Virus record (IMG/VR): IMGVR_UViG_3300031994_005371
Strand: one strand, 5' to 3'
Length of the DNA: 64,000 nucleotides
Source: an uncultured virus (IMG/VR IMGVR_UViG_3300031994_005371)
Taxonomy: Duplodnaviria > Heunggongvirae > Uroviricota > Caudoviricetes
The notes under the pieces are model-generated. The model saw nothing but the letters and a program-made list of their open reading frames with translations. It searched no databases and was not told where the DNA came from. Of this stretch, positions 38,480-47,684 are shown piece after piece; the stretch's first letter is position 1, and every line of letters begins with the position of its first letter. The position numbers and the translations under genes are program-made.

Positions 38480-39832
38480 ATGGCAGCAACAGAACAACCA
38501 GTAACCGAATTGACGGTTTACACCGACCCGGCCCTCGTCGCCGGAAAAGCAGTTTTGCTTCACGACAAGACCACGGGCGACGCTATTCGCTTTGACGCGG
38601 AAAAGCTCGTTGCGGTCGCAAAGGATTTGTCCATGTTCACCGTGGACGGGACCTCTCTCATTCTCCGCGAAACCGCCAACTGCTATGTTGTGCGTACCCC
38701 AGGAGTCTATAAGTTTCCCGTTGTTTACGGAAACGGCATTAAGCGCGGTGTTGCCAATGACGCGGCCTATACCCGTCAAGGAACAACCTATACCGCCGAC
38801 TTCGTAAACCACCTCGGAAACGTAATCACCTCGCCGTATATCGAGAAAAACGCCAACTGTCAGCCCGCTTCCGCAGGCCTCCTTTGGCAGACGGGAACGA
38901 GCATCATCACCAGCGTTTCACTCGTTGAGGGTGGCGACTGCAAGTATATCCAGTTCACCGTGGGCCGCGTGCCGGCAACGAATGGCAATGCCGTTTTGTT
39001 CGTCAAGGACTCCGGCGGCAATATCATGTGGAGCTGGCATATTTGGCTGACCTCCGATTCCCTCGGCCCGGAAATCTTCGAGAACAACACCGGTGTTAAG
39101 TACCCGCTCATGAGCGAGAACCTCGGCGCAATGTGGAACGAGGCTCGCACCCGGTCTTTCAATCCTCATTATCAGTGGGGACGAAAGGACCCTATGGCCC
39201 CGCCCGCATCGTACTCGTCCAGTTCTCAAATGACGCTTTACGATATAAACAACAACGTTTATACCGGCTTTGGTGTCCTGGGTGCTGATTCCGACGAGCT
39301 CGCCACAAAGACCGTCGATAACGCGATTAAGAACCCTAATTTGTTCTTTACTCGCTACGACCAGACGAGCCACAACTGGAACAACCTTACGTGGTTTAAC
39401 AACTTCTGGAACGCTGCGGAAACCGCGTCCTCTTCGCTGGCGGACAATCAGGAAAGCGCCGTAAAGACCATTTACGACCCGTGCCCGGTTGGATTCATGC
39501 TTCCTTCCGGACGAGCCTTTACCGGATTCACAACGACTGGCGGGAACACCTCCGACTCGACACAGTTTAATGTTGTTGGCTCGTGGATTAACGGCTGGAA
39601 CTTCAAAAAGACCAGCGCTGACGAGGCGGGCAATATGTTCCCCGCCTCCGGCTACCGGGACGGCGGTAGTGGAGCGTTGACGAGCGTTTCAGGTAACGGC
39701 CGCTATTGGAGCTTTGCTCCGAACAGCCAGACCAGCGCCCGTAACTTGAGCTTCGGTTCGGGCAACGTTAACCCGCTGACCAACGGCTACCGTAGCTACG
39801 GCTTTTCGGTGCGGCCCTGCCGAGAATACTAA
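38480..39832 (+). CDS. DGR target 1: probable receptor-binding protein with variable C-terminus
   Basis: ANCY, WSWHIW, YQWGRKDP, YDPCPVG, FPASGYR...GFSVRPC; 3' end matches TR. Confidence 0.9.
   Translation: MAATEQPVTELTVYTDPALVAGKAVLLHDKTTGDAIRFDAEKLVAVAKDLSMFTVDGTSLILRETANCYVVRTPGVYKFPVVYGNGIKRGVANDAAYTRQGTTYTADFVNHLGNVITSPYIEKNANCQPASAGLLWQTGTSIITSVSLVEGGDCKYIQFTVGRVPATNGNAVLFVKDSGGNIMWSWHIWLTSDSLGPEIFENNTGVKYPLMSENLGAMWNEARTRSFNPHYQWGRKDPMAPPASYSSSSQMTLYDINNNVYTGFGVLGADSDELATKTVDNAIKNPNLFFTRYDQTSHNWNNLTWFNNFWNAAETASSSLADNQESAVKTIYDPCPVGFMLPSGRAFTGFTTTGGNTSDSTQFNVVGSWINGWNFKKTSADEAGNMFPASGYRDGGSGALTSVSGNGRYWSFAPNSQTSARNLSFGSGNVNPLTNGYRSYGFSVRPCREY
39643..39827 (+). repeat. DGR variable repeat VR1
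   Basis: 185 bp colinear with TR; 14 of 15 mismatches are at TR adenines. Confidence 0.96.
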
Positions 39833-39846
39833 TTGACTTTGCGGGA

Positions 39847-39896
39847 AGCCCCGCCTTTGGAGGGCGGGGCTGAAGCCCGCGCGTAAGGAAAAAGAA
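39847..39896 (+). promoter_or_regulatory. Hairpin and conserved tail downstream of VR1 (probable DGR target-recognition element)
   Basis: AGCCCCGCC-TTTGGAG-GGCGGGGCT, then CCCGCGCGTAAGGAAAAAGAA. Confidence 0.8.
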
Positions 39897-39905
39897 AGAA
39901 ACACA

Positions 39906-40091
39906 ATGAAAAAATTACTACAAATAGACGGCTTGAAAGCCGCTGGAGCAACGATTGTTGTTGCTGAACGTGTTTACGTTGGGTCGGTCGAATCATCAGA
40001 GCTTATCGACAAGATACGCGAGTTTGATTTGGCGAACGCAACGCCTCTCATGTGCTACGACTTTTTAAGGAAACTCAAAGAGGACTTGTAG
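39906..40091 (+). CDS. 61-aa DGR-linked ORF resembling the MutS C-terminal helical segment
   Basis: IREFDLANATPLMCYDFLRKLK. Confidence 0.55.
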   Translation: MKKLLQIDGLKAAGATIVVAERVYVGSVESSELIDKIREFDLANATPLMCYDFLRKLKEDL

Positions 40092-40092
40092 T

Positions 40093-40443
40093 ATGGACTT
40101 TTACGCCCTGAACGTTTACAATACGGTGAGATTACTCTACGGCCAGCTTGTAAGAAGCACGCAGAAAGTACCGCGCGAGGACCGCATTTCCTCCGTGGTC
40201 GAAGTAAAGCGCTGGATTGAGCAGGTCATGGAATATATCGCTTTTGCAAACGAGGTATTTGAAACAAAAGAGAACAGATTGCAGTTTATCCGTAACGCTA
40301 TCAACGTCATGCACAGAATTGAAATCCGCGTTAGGATATACTTCGATTTGGGCCATATCAAAGAAAAGGGCTTTGACGCAATAACGAACCTCGAGGCGAG
40401 CGTTGTCCGTCAGCTTCGCGGTTGGGAAAAAGCAAATTCATAA
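40093..40443 (+). CDS. avd: DGR accessory variability determinant (Avd-like four-helix bundle)
   Basis: 116-aa helical protein just upstream of TR; ends QLRGW. Confidence 0.8.
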   Translation: MDFYALNVYNTVRLLYGQLVRSTQKVPREDRISSVVEVKRWIEQVMEYIAFANEVFETKENRLQFIRNAINVMHRIEIRVRIYFDLGHIKEKGFDAITNLEASVVRQLRGWEKANS

Positions 40444-40708
40444 TGAACGCGCCCTCGAATAAGATTGAACTTGCGGAACCTGCCGTAATTGGTATTCTGC
40501 TCATGGAATCTTTTTTAATTCAGCGATTCTCGCCTTTTCGCTTTTTAGCGGAAGGCTGTCATAGCCGGGTAATGCCGGTAGTCCATATCGCCGTCAGCGC
40601 AATGCTCCCGGCCCTATGTTCATTCAAGCGGAATCGCTCATACAGGGTTGGCCTTTGGCCGCTTGCGCGTTGTGTTGTAGCGCGGGCCGTCCCGCTTGGG
40701 GTTCTTTT

Positions 40709-40893
40709 CGCCTCCGGCTACCGGAACAACGGTAGTGGAGCGTTGACGAACGTTTCAGGTAACGGCAACTATTGGAGCTTTGCTCCGAACAGCCAGACCA
40801 ACGCCCGTAACTTGAACTTCAATTCGGGCAACGTTAACCCGCTGAACAACAACAACCGTAGCTTCGGCTTTTCGGTGCGGCCCTGCCGAGAAT
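40709..40893 (+). repeat. DGR template repeat TR
   Basis: AAC-rich copy of both VRs, between avd and RT; diverges after GAGAAT (IMH*). Confidence 0.96.
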
Positions 40894-40919
40894 TAAAATA
40901 GAGGGCGCTTTATAAAGTT

Positions 40920-42125
40920 ATGATTTATAATTACGAGGAAATACATAGTCGTGTGACGGCGGGATACGTTAAAGCCCGTTCGGAAGAGCGCAGTACATTC
41001 GCCCAAATTGAATTTGAGCTGAATGTTGAGGATAAACTCCGCGAGCTTTCGTTTGAGCTGTATCTTCGCCAATGGTCGCCGCTTCCTCTTGACTGGTTTG
41101 TGCTAACAAAGCCGTCGGTACGCGAGGTGTTTGCCCCGCAGTTCCGCGACCGCATTGTGAGCCATGTTCTTTTCGATATTCTCATGCCGATTTACGACCG
41201 GCTGTTTATCTACGATAGCTACTCATGCCGGGTCGGAAAGGGAACGCTTTTCGGCATTAGCCGGTTTGAACACCACTTGCGAAGCGTAACGAATAACTAT
41301 ACCCGCGACGCATACGTTTTAAATCTTGATATTTCGGGATATTTCATGTCGATTGACCGCCAGATACTCTACAATCTTATTCACGCCGAAATCGTCAAGT
41401 ATGCGCAATTCCACACGGATTTTGACCTCGACTTTACGGAGTATCTTGTGCAGACGTTCTTATTCCGGGACCCGCTGGCGGGGTGCATCTATCATGGCAA
41501 CCCGTGTCTTAAAAAGCTCGTCCAGCCGAATAAGAGCCTTTTCGGCCAGCCCCCCGGCGTCGGCCTTCCGATTGGCGACGTGATTAACCAGCTCAATTCA
41601 AACATATATCTTAATCTGTTCGACCACTTCTGCAAGCGAAATTTGAAAATTCGCGGCTACGGGAGATACGTTGATGATTCCCGCTCGGTCCACAATAGCC
41701 TGCAGTACCTCGAAGAATGCAAGGAGCGTAGCGCCGAATTTTTATACGAAAGGCTCCACTTGAATTTGAATAAAAACAAAAGCAATATCACCAGCGCTTA
41801 CGAAGCCAATACGTTCCTGGGCGCAACGATAATGCCATACTATAAAACCGCAAACGAAAAGACCATACAGCGTTTTGAGCTGTATATGAAGGACCTTAAC
41901 CGGCGTATCGGAAACCATGAGCCGATAGACACGCGATATGAGCTATCAAGGATTAACTCCGCGCTCGGCCACTTGGCGCATTTCAGCTCGGCCAAAGTCA
42001 TGCGCGAGGTTATCCAAAAGTCGGTAGAAACGAGAAGGGTTTTCGGATTCACCTCCGACAACAAGAAAGCAATCATTTTAACCCCAAATAATTATGAAGT
42101 ACCAATTTTCCCAGCCGCAGCGTAA
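40920..42125 (+). CDS. DGR reverse transcriptase
   Basis: REVFAPQFRDRIVSH, LDISGYFMSI, GLPIGDVINQ, YGRYVDD. Confidence 0.96.
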   Translation: MIYNYEEIHSRVTAGYVKARSEERSTFAQIEFELNVEDKLRELSFELYLRQWSPLPLDWFVLTKPSVREVFAPQFRDRIVSHVLFDILMPIYDRLFIYDSYSCRVGKGTLFGISRFEHHLRSVTNNYTRDAYVLNLDISGYFMSIDRQILYNLIHAEIVKYAQFHTDFDLDFTEYLVQTFLFRDPLAGCIYHGNPCLKKLVQPNKSLFGQPPGVGLPIGDVINQLNSNIYLNLFDHFCKRNLKIRGYGRYVDDSRSVHNSLQYLEECKERSAEFLYERLHLNLNKNKSNITSAYEANTFLGATIMPYYKTANEKTIQRFELYMKDLNRRIGNHEPIDTRYELSRINSALGHLAHFSSAKVMREVIQKSVETRRVFGFTSDNKKAIILTPNNYEVPIFPAAA

Positions 42126-42450
42126 GGCTGCTCTCAACAACGGTAAAATCCGTTGCTTCTACAACGAGGAAATCAAGCGCGAGCTTGTGAAAACCACCAA
42201 CCCCGAAACCGAGGAAGTCACTACGGAGGAGGTAGTAAACTATCTTTACGACGTGGTGGATATTGCCGCCCCGGCAGAAAAGGGAAAAATCGTCGATGCG
42301 CTGATTCGCACCCGCTATTCGCAGTCAGACGTGGAGGCTATCATGCGGCACAAAATGGCCGGTGACGAAGGCGCGGACGAGGAGTTTAACGCTTTCAATG
42401 CTTTTGCCGAAACCTGCAAGGCCGAGGCAAAGCGCATACTGGAGGATTAG
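42094..42450 (+). CDS. Hypothetical phage protein
   Basis: LIRTRYSQSDVEAI; in the late operon. Confidence 0.7.
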   Translation: MKYQFSQPQRKAALNNGKIRCFYNEEIKRELVKTTNPETEEVTTEEVVNYLYDVVDIAAPAEKGKIVDALIRTRYSQSDVEAIMRHKMAGDEGADEEFNAFNAFAETCKAEAKRILED

Positions 42451-42453
42451 GTT

Positions 42454-42945
42454 ATGGGAGAGGAACAGAGCTTTATCCTTCAAGGGAGCGTTTCGTCCGT
42501 GTTGGTGGCGTTCTTTCAAAGCGCCGTCCTGCGAATGATTCCCTACTCCGTTGCCGCCGTTCCGTTAATCGTTCTTGACTTGATTTACGGAATCCGCGCG
42601 GCAAAGTACCGTGGTGAGCGGGCTCGGCTCTCAACCGCCGTGCGCCGTTCCATGACAAAGACCTTCAGCTATGTTTGCTGGCTGATACTGGCAACCGCCC
42701 TTGCGCTTTCCTTTGAAGTGAAGTGGATTGAGTGGGTTGTGTTGGGAACGGTCTATCTCAACGAGCTTGCATCCATTGTCGGCAACTATCTTGAAACGAA
42801 GGGTATTCACTTTTCCTATGCCGGTTTTATTCGCCTGCTTTTCAAAAAGGGCGCGGAGAAGGCCGGTATCGAGGTTTCCGACGAGGAGGCGAAAGAAATT
42901 ATCCGTCCCCGCGATTCTCGCGGAAGGTTTGTTAAAAACCAATAG
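42454..42945 (+). CDS. Holin
   Basis: Hydrophobic helices, DLIYGIRAA..S.AVRRS..K, ELASIVGN; before the endolysin. Confidence 0.85.
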   Translation: MGEEQSFILQGSVSSVLVAFFQSAVLRMIPYSVAAVPLIVLDLIYGIRAAKYRGERARLSTAVRRSMTKTFSYVCWLILATALALSFEVKWIEWVVLGTVYLNELASIVGNYLETKGIHFSYAGFIRLLFKKGAEKAGIEVSDEEAKEIIRPRDSRGRFVKNQ

Positions 42946-42947
42946 CC

Positions 42948-43412
42948 ATGATTGAACTGCTTATAGAACGTAAGTGGGCCAAAAAGGAGTACACCGTGGG
43001 CGCATTCAGCGCCTGCGGTGAGCGCCTTTGCGAGTCCCTTGAAGATACCGACCGTGGGCTGGTATCTTCCATGCCTACCGCCGTGATTAACGCGGCAAAA
43101 GTGTACGGCAAAACGGCTATCCCGAAAGGGCGCTACCGCGTCGTGCTGTCCTACTCACCGAAATTCGCCAACCGCGTTTGGGGCAAAAAGTACGGCGGGC
43201 TTGTGCCGGAAATCCTCGGCGTGAAGGGTTTTTCCGGCGTGCGCATTCACCCCGGGAACAAAGCCGACGATACCCTCGGCTGTCCCCTTGTTGGCCGCAA
43301 CAAAAAGGTTGGCGAGCTGGTGGAGTCCACCGCGTGCTATTACAAGCTGATGAACGAATATTTAATCCCGGCCCATGAATCCGGCGACGAAATGTTCATA
43401 ACCATTCAATAG
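42948..43412 (+). CDS. Putative endolysin (DUF5675-like)
   Basis: KTAIPKGRY, GVRIHPGN..DTLGCPLVG. Confidence 0.8.
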   Translation: MIELLIERKWAKKEYTVGAFSACGERLCESLEDTDRGLVSSMPTAVINAAKVYGKTAIPKGRYRVVLSYSPKFANRVWGKKYGGLVPEILGVKGFSGVRIHPGNKADDTLGCPLVGRNKKVGELVESTACYYKLMNEYLIPAHESGDEMFITIQ

Positions 43413-43413
43413 C

Positions 43414-43962
43414 ATGGGCGCTCAATCAAAAAGACCAGAGGACAACTGGAGGCGCGACACGGTGATAGTTTGGCTGGCGTTTTTCTCTGCGCTGGCCCTG
43501 ACATTCATGTGCGCCTCCGGGTGCTCCCCGAAAATCTACAAAGAAGTCATCGAGAGGGAGAAAATCGTTTACCGCGATAGTACCGCTTGGCGAGATACGA
43601 CTATTTACGCGCCGATACCCCTCGAATCCGGGCAGGCGGTGGTCGCCGTCGGAGATACTGCCAGGCGGGAAACGTCCGTTGCCAGGGCCGAGGCGTGGGT
43701 GGACTCTTTGGGACACTTGAACCTGAACCTCGAAAACAAGAGGACTTTGGTCCCGGTTGTTGCTAAAATTCCGTCCAGATTTATCTACACCGGCGTAACT
43801 CAAAATAAGGCCGAAATCCTAACGAAAGTTGTTGAGGTAGACAAACCCTTGTCTTGGTGGAAATCGTTTAAATTAGGCGCTTTTTGGTGGCTTTGCGGGG
43901 CCGTTGTGCTCTGCCTTTTGTGGATATTCCGAAAACCCCTACTCAAAATTATAGTACCATGA
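43414..43962 (+). CDS. Putative unimolecular spanin
   Basis: Lipoprotein-like signal ending ASGC plus a C-terminal transmembrane helix; follows the endolysin. Confidence 0.6.
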   Translation: MGAQSKRPEDNWRRDTVIVWLAFFSALALTFMCASGCSPKIYKEVIEREKIVYRDSTAWRDTTIYAPIPLESGQAVVAVGDTARRETSVARAEAWVDSLGHLNLNLENKRTLVPVVAKIPSRFIYTGVTQNKAEILTKVVEVDKPLSWWKSFKLGAFWWLCGAVVLCLLWIFRKPLLKIIVP

Positions 43963-44243
43963 AAAATTTTATCCGTAAAATTTGGGACGCGATTGTAAGT
44001 TTCATTAACCGCGTTCCGCACGACAAGTTGCTGCACTTTGTCGCTGGCGTTATTATCGCCGCCTTTTTCGCCATTTCCCTCGGCATGAAGTTCTGCTTTT
44101 GGCCGGTAATCTTCTTTGCCTTTGGCAAGGAGTTTTTCGACAAGTGGACTACGGGCGAATGGGACTGGTGGGATTTCGGTGCAACTTGCATCGGTGGCCT
44201 CGTTCCGCAGATATTCGTTCTGCTGAATATGTGGTGGTTCTAA
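43959..44243 (+). CDS. Small membrane protein
   Basis: DKLLHF..KEFFD..DWWDF. Confidence 0.7.
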   Translation: MKNFIRKIWDAIVSFINRVPHDKLLHFVAGVIIAAFFAISLGMKFCFWPVIFFAFGKEFFDKWTTGEWDWWDFGATCIGGLVPQIFVLLNMWWF

Positions 44244-44300
44244 CCTGCTGGGCCAATCCGCTCCGGTACTGCGAAACACGCGAGCGTTGAAATCCAACAG

Positions 44301-44341
44301 AAAAAGCCCCTCCGCGCTTTGTAGGCACGAAGGGGCTCGTT
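44301..44341. terminator. Terminator between the convergent arms
   Basis: AAAAAGCCCCT...AGGGGCT. Confidence 0.55.
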
Positions 44342-44344
44342 CTA

Positions 44345-44578
44345 TCATAACGGCTCAATATAAGCCCAGTGGGTGATTTCGGCCCCGCGTGGTAGGCCAA
44401 CCCAGCCGCCACCGAAATTGTCAAACAATCCCGGCGGCAGATAACTCCACCAAAACTCCCCGTCCCAACGACAAATGAGGTGTTCGGTAAACGGTAATCC
44501 CCTTACCTTACAGACAAGCTCAATCGGGCCGTTAAGGGGCTTTGGCGGCTGGAATGAATCAAGATTATGCCATTTCAT
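44345..44578 (-). CDS. Hypothetical protein (DUF551-like)
   Basis: MKWH...ITHWAYI. Confidence 0.65.
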   Translation of the reverse strand: MKWHNLDSFQPPKPLNGPIELVCKVRGLPFTEHLICRWDGEFWWSYLPPGLFDNFGGGWVGLPRGAEITHWAYIEPL

Positions 44579-44581
44579 AAA

Positions 44582-44998
44582 TCATACCCGTTTCGCCATG
44601 AAACTGTAAGTATAAATCTTTCTCCCCTCCGGCGTAGTACCGCCCTCCGGGCTCCCGAACTCGCGTATCAGCGAGTCTGCAATCGTGGCCGCAAGATGCT
44701 TTCTTATGCCGTTTTCCATGAGCTTCTCGGTTGAGTAGCGGTACTCGTCCGATTCGGTTACAACGTAACTGGCTTTGATTGGCCTCGCGTCTTGACTATT
44801 AAGATTTTGCGCCCTTATTTCTTCAAGCGCGTTTTCCACGGCCCCCTCGCGGAGGTTAAGTTCGATTTCCCTCCGGTCAAGTTCATGGCGGTAGTTGTCA
44901 AGTCGCGCCTTCGTGCTTCGATTCTCGGCGGCCAAAATAAGATTATAGACGGCCAGCGCAACAACCATGACCGCAATAAGAATTATTGTAATTTTCAT
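44582..44998 (-). CDS. Membrane-anchored hypothetical protein
   Basis: N-terminal hydrophobic helix. Confidence 0.7.
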   Translation of the reverse strand: MKITIILIAVMVVALAVYNLILAAENRSTKARLDNYRHELDRREIELNLREGAVENALEEIRAQNLNSQDARPIKASYVVTESDEYRYSTEKLMENGIRKHLAATIADSLIREFGSPEGGTTPEGRKIYTYSFMAKRV

Positions 44999-44999
44999 A

Positions 45000-45635
45000 T
45001 CAGTTCTCTTTTACCCATTCGTGAATTTTTCGCGCAATAACCGTAAAAAGGTTATCGTGCTTCAGGCTTGAAATAGTGATTTCGCCCTTTCCGGGAAGTC
45101 CGCGAAGATACCCCATAGCCATAGCAAACGAAAGCTCCCGGAGGCGGGATAGTATCGGATTTTCCTCAGGCTCCAGAATATCCCCGAAAGGCGCTCGTTT
45201 GACGTGATAATTTACGTTTTTCCATGCGGCGTTGGCGAATTGTGTAAAGATATGCGCCAGCATAAACCAGCTCACGTTTTTGCGCTCGTCAAAACCCACC
45301 CCGTCAAACATTTGAAGAATCCCGCTTTGGAGCATCATTATCTCGTTTGAGATATACTCGTAAAGCGAGTCCATAAGGTCGGTTACTTCGTCTTGATTCT
45401 CTGCCGGGATAAACGAAAAGAAAGGCCGGTTAAAGAGCGTGTATTGCTTATGCCAAATCGCAGATTTTTGTTTTTGCTCATGCTTTAACGGCCCCGTCGC
45501 CTTTTCGCCTTTCATCTGGCACTGATAGGCTATATCGGCCAAAAGGAACGGCAGAATCGGTGCGAGCGAATCTCCCTTTACTTGCGTTCTGGCCGCACCT
45601 TTCAGGCCGAGTTCAACAAGTTCTTTCTTTGTCAT
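45000..45635 (-). CDS. Hypothetical protein
   Basis: Long ORF in the operon. Confidence 0.75.
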   Translation of the reverse strand: MTKKELVELGLKGAARTQVKGDSLAPILPFLLADIAYQCQMKGEKATGPLKHEQKQKSAIWHKQYTLFNRPFFSFIPAENQDEVTDLMDSLYEYISNEIMMLQSGILQMFDGVGFDERKNVSWFMLAHIFTQFANAAWKNVNYHVKRAPFGDILEPEENPILSRLRELSFAMAMGYLRGLPGKGEITISSLKHDNLFTVIARKIHEWVKEN

Positions 45636-45853
45636 AATCCACACTTCTTTTTGTCCCACATAAAGCGCGAAAACGCAAGTTGAGCCGCGCCCTCTGCATC
45701 AACTTTGGCAAACACGCGATAGTTGCGCGTTGCGCTGCCGCTTTGAGTTTGCACGGCGCATTTGTAGCCGAGCGAGGTTGCCTCTACGGAAACGAGGTAG
45801 CCGTTGAAAAAGAAAATATCCCTAATCGGGAGTCCTGGTGTTTGGCACGTCAT
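45632..45853 (-). CDS. Hypothetical protein
   Basis: Coupled ORF. Confidence 0.55.
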   Translation of the reverse strand: MTCQTPGLPIRDIFFFNGYLVSVEATSLGYKCAVQTQSGSATRNYRVFAKVDAEGAAQLAFSRFMWDKKKCGL

Positions 45854-46013
45854 ATCTATTCTTCATTTTGTTTCGACTGTTTATCCATTTTCTTATTCCA
45901 CCTACGGAGCGATATATTCTCAATCCACTCGTCAAGCAGATACCAGCCACCGCAGATAAAGCCGCATATCAAAGCACCGATAACGCCTTTAATAATATAC
46001 CCAAATGTCATAT

Positions 46014-46283
46014 CTATTTCTCCTTTCTTGCGTTATACCCCTTGTTCCAAAAGTGGCGGGCGATGGCATCTAATGTTTGCTCATTAAGATATTCCCTATC
46101 ATCAGAAAACGGAACTTTATAGCGAATTATCTCCCTCTCTAAATCCACCTCCGGCTGCTCCTGCTGGAGAGATTCTACAACTTTTTTGCAGGATGCCCAA
46201 CAATCATAGGCCATTCCGTACTCAAATATAGATAGCCGTTTTTCTATCTCGGCTTTCAGTTTTTCTGCGTCAATGTACTTCAT
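46014..46283 (-). CDS. Hypothetical protein
   Basis: MKYIDAEKLKAEIE phage-type N-terminus. Confidence 0.7.
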   Translation of the reverse strand: MKYIDAEKLKAEIEKRLSIFEYGMAYDCWASCKKVVESLQQEQPEVDLEREIIRYKVPFSDDREYLNEQTLDAIARHFWNKGYNARKEK

Positions 46284-46594
46284 ATCTCAAATAGTTTCGG
46301 CTCATTCTTGTGTTTCTCATATTTCTTTGTCGGCCTATGCTCCTGGCGATATGGGCAATCGGCTTGTCGGCAAATGTCAATAGTCCTCTGGGAGATAGGC
46401 TGTTTGTCCGTTACCATTCGGGTAAAAATATCCCTTTGAATGGCGCATTTAAGCGGAGTCCAATCTGGAAAGTCCGGGTCGCTGCCTTTCTTGATATGGG
46501 AGGACTTCCAGCACCTATCACAGTTTCTACTCTCCCACCAATCGTATTCACTCCCGCTACTGAACGGGTCGCGGTCAACCTTCTTTAGAGCCAT
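46280..46594 (-). CDS. Cys-containing hypothetical protein
   Basis: PFSSGSEY..W...NCDRC. Confidence 0.7.
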   Translation of the reverse strand: MALKKVDRDPFSSGSEYDWWESRNCDRCWKSSHIKKGSDPDFPDWTPLKCAIQRDIFTRMVTDKQPISQRTIDICRQADCPYRQEHRPTKKYEKHKNEPKLFEI

Positions 46595-46877
46595 GATTAT
46601 CCTCCTTCTTAACGACCTTAATACCGTCTTGATTGACTACGCAGAGGTTTCCGTCGTTGTCAAGATACCTTTCGACTTCTACGATATTTTCCGGCGCCTG
46701 CGCAAGGAGAGTCGAGGCGAAGCCAGAAAACACGTGAGCGACCGTTATAAGCTGGGCTGGGGTCCATTTCTTTTTCAGCTCGCCGTTTTCTTTAACGGAT
46801 AATTTGGCAACCGAGTCTTTATGCGTTACGGTGTCAATATCCATTGTGATACATATTTCTCTATGAATAATACTCAT
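46575..46877 (-). CDS. Hypothetical protein
   Basis: Coupled ORF. Confidence 0.6.
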   Translation of the reverse strand: MSIIHREICITMDIDTVTHKDSVAKLSVKENGELKKKWTPAQLITVAHVFSGFASTLLAQAPENIVEVERYLDNDGNLCVVNQDGIKVVKKEDNHGSKEG

Positions 46878-46982
46878 TTTAATTTGGAATTATTAAAAAT
46901 TAGATATATCTTTGCACCCGTTATGAGAAAAACGAAATCCATAAAACGATAGGATTTCGGCCTTGCACAAGGTCGAAGTAAT

Positions 46983-47055
46983 GACCTTGTGGCGCAACTG
47001 GTAGCGCAATAGGCTTTTAACCTATGGGTTGCGGGTTCGACTCCCGCCGGGGTCA
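46983..47055 (+). tRNA. tRNA-Lys(TTT)
   Basis: ATAGG-CTTTTAA-CCTAT anticodon arm; GCGGG-TTCGACT-CCCGC. Confidence 0.92.
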
Positions 47056-47061
47056 CAAAAT

Positions 47062-47133
<72 letters not shown>

Positions 47134-47345
47134 CTAATCGGCTGGATTAGCTTGCAACGCTATTCTGGCCGATTGTCATTATAGATGGTCCAGCACCTTA
47201 CAAACGGCGGAGTAAACACGCTGACAAACCGCCTTTTCGCCCGGTTCCAGCGCGTTACCTCCGTACATTCTTTCGTCCAGGACCTTTCTTGCCTCTTTCA
47301 TAAGGCCTTGCACCTTGTAGAGGGTGTTAATTGTTTCTGGTGACA

Positions 47346-47684
47346 TTATTTCGTGAGTATTTTATACATTTGCATAAACCCGTCCTGCTCTTTGATTGGC
47401 GAGTAACCACATTTCTTGTAGAAATCAATCACCCAATCAGTCATAACGGAATTAAGGTCTATGCGGAAGATTCCGTGCTCACGGCAATAGCTCTCGCACG
47501 CGAGCATAAGCTGCTTCGCAAGCCCCCTTTTACGCAGCGGCCCGATTACTGAAAGGCCGGAGAGATAGCAAACGCCGGGATTGTTGTCCTCAAAAGATAA
47601 GTCCACGCAAGCCCCGCCATTCGCGGCGATAATCGTTATCGTTTTGCCCCACGGCCAAGTGTTGTGATGCCAAATTACTTTCAT
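47346..47684 (-). CDS. GNAT acetyltransferase
   Basis: LSV...RKRGLAKQLM, FYKKCGY. Confidence 0.85.
   Translation of the reverse strand: MKVIWHHNTWPWGKTITIIAANGGACVDLSFEDNNPGVCYLSGLSVIGPLRKRGLAKQLMLACESYCREHGIFRIDLNSVMTDWVIDFYKKCGYSPIKEQDGFMQMYKILTK

Noticed and set aside
40422..40901. 159-aa ORF similar to the DGR target C-terminus
   Set aside because: It is the template repeat read in frame (Asn-rich AAC codons); most likely functions as RNA
40920..42125. Group II intron or retron RT
   Set aside because: The TR/VR pairs and avd identify it as a DGR RT
46874..47056. 60-aa minus-strand ORF
   Set aside because: Antisense of tRNA-Lys
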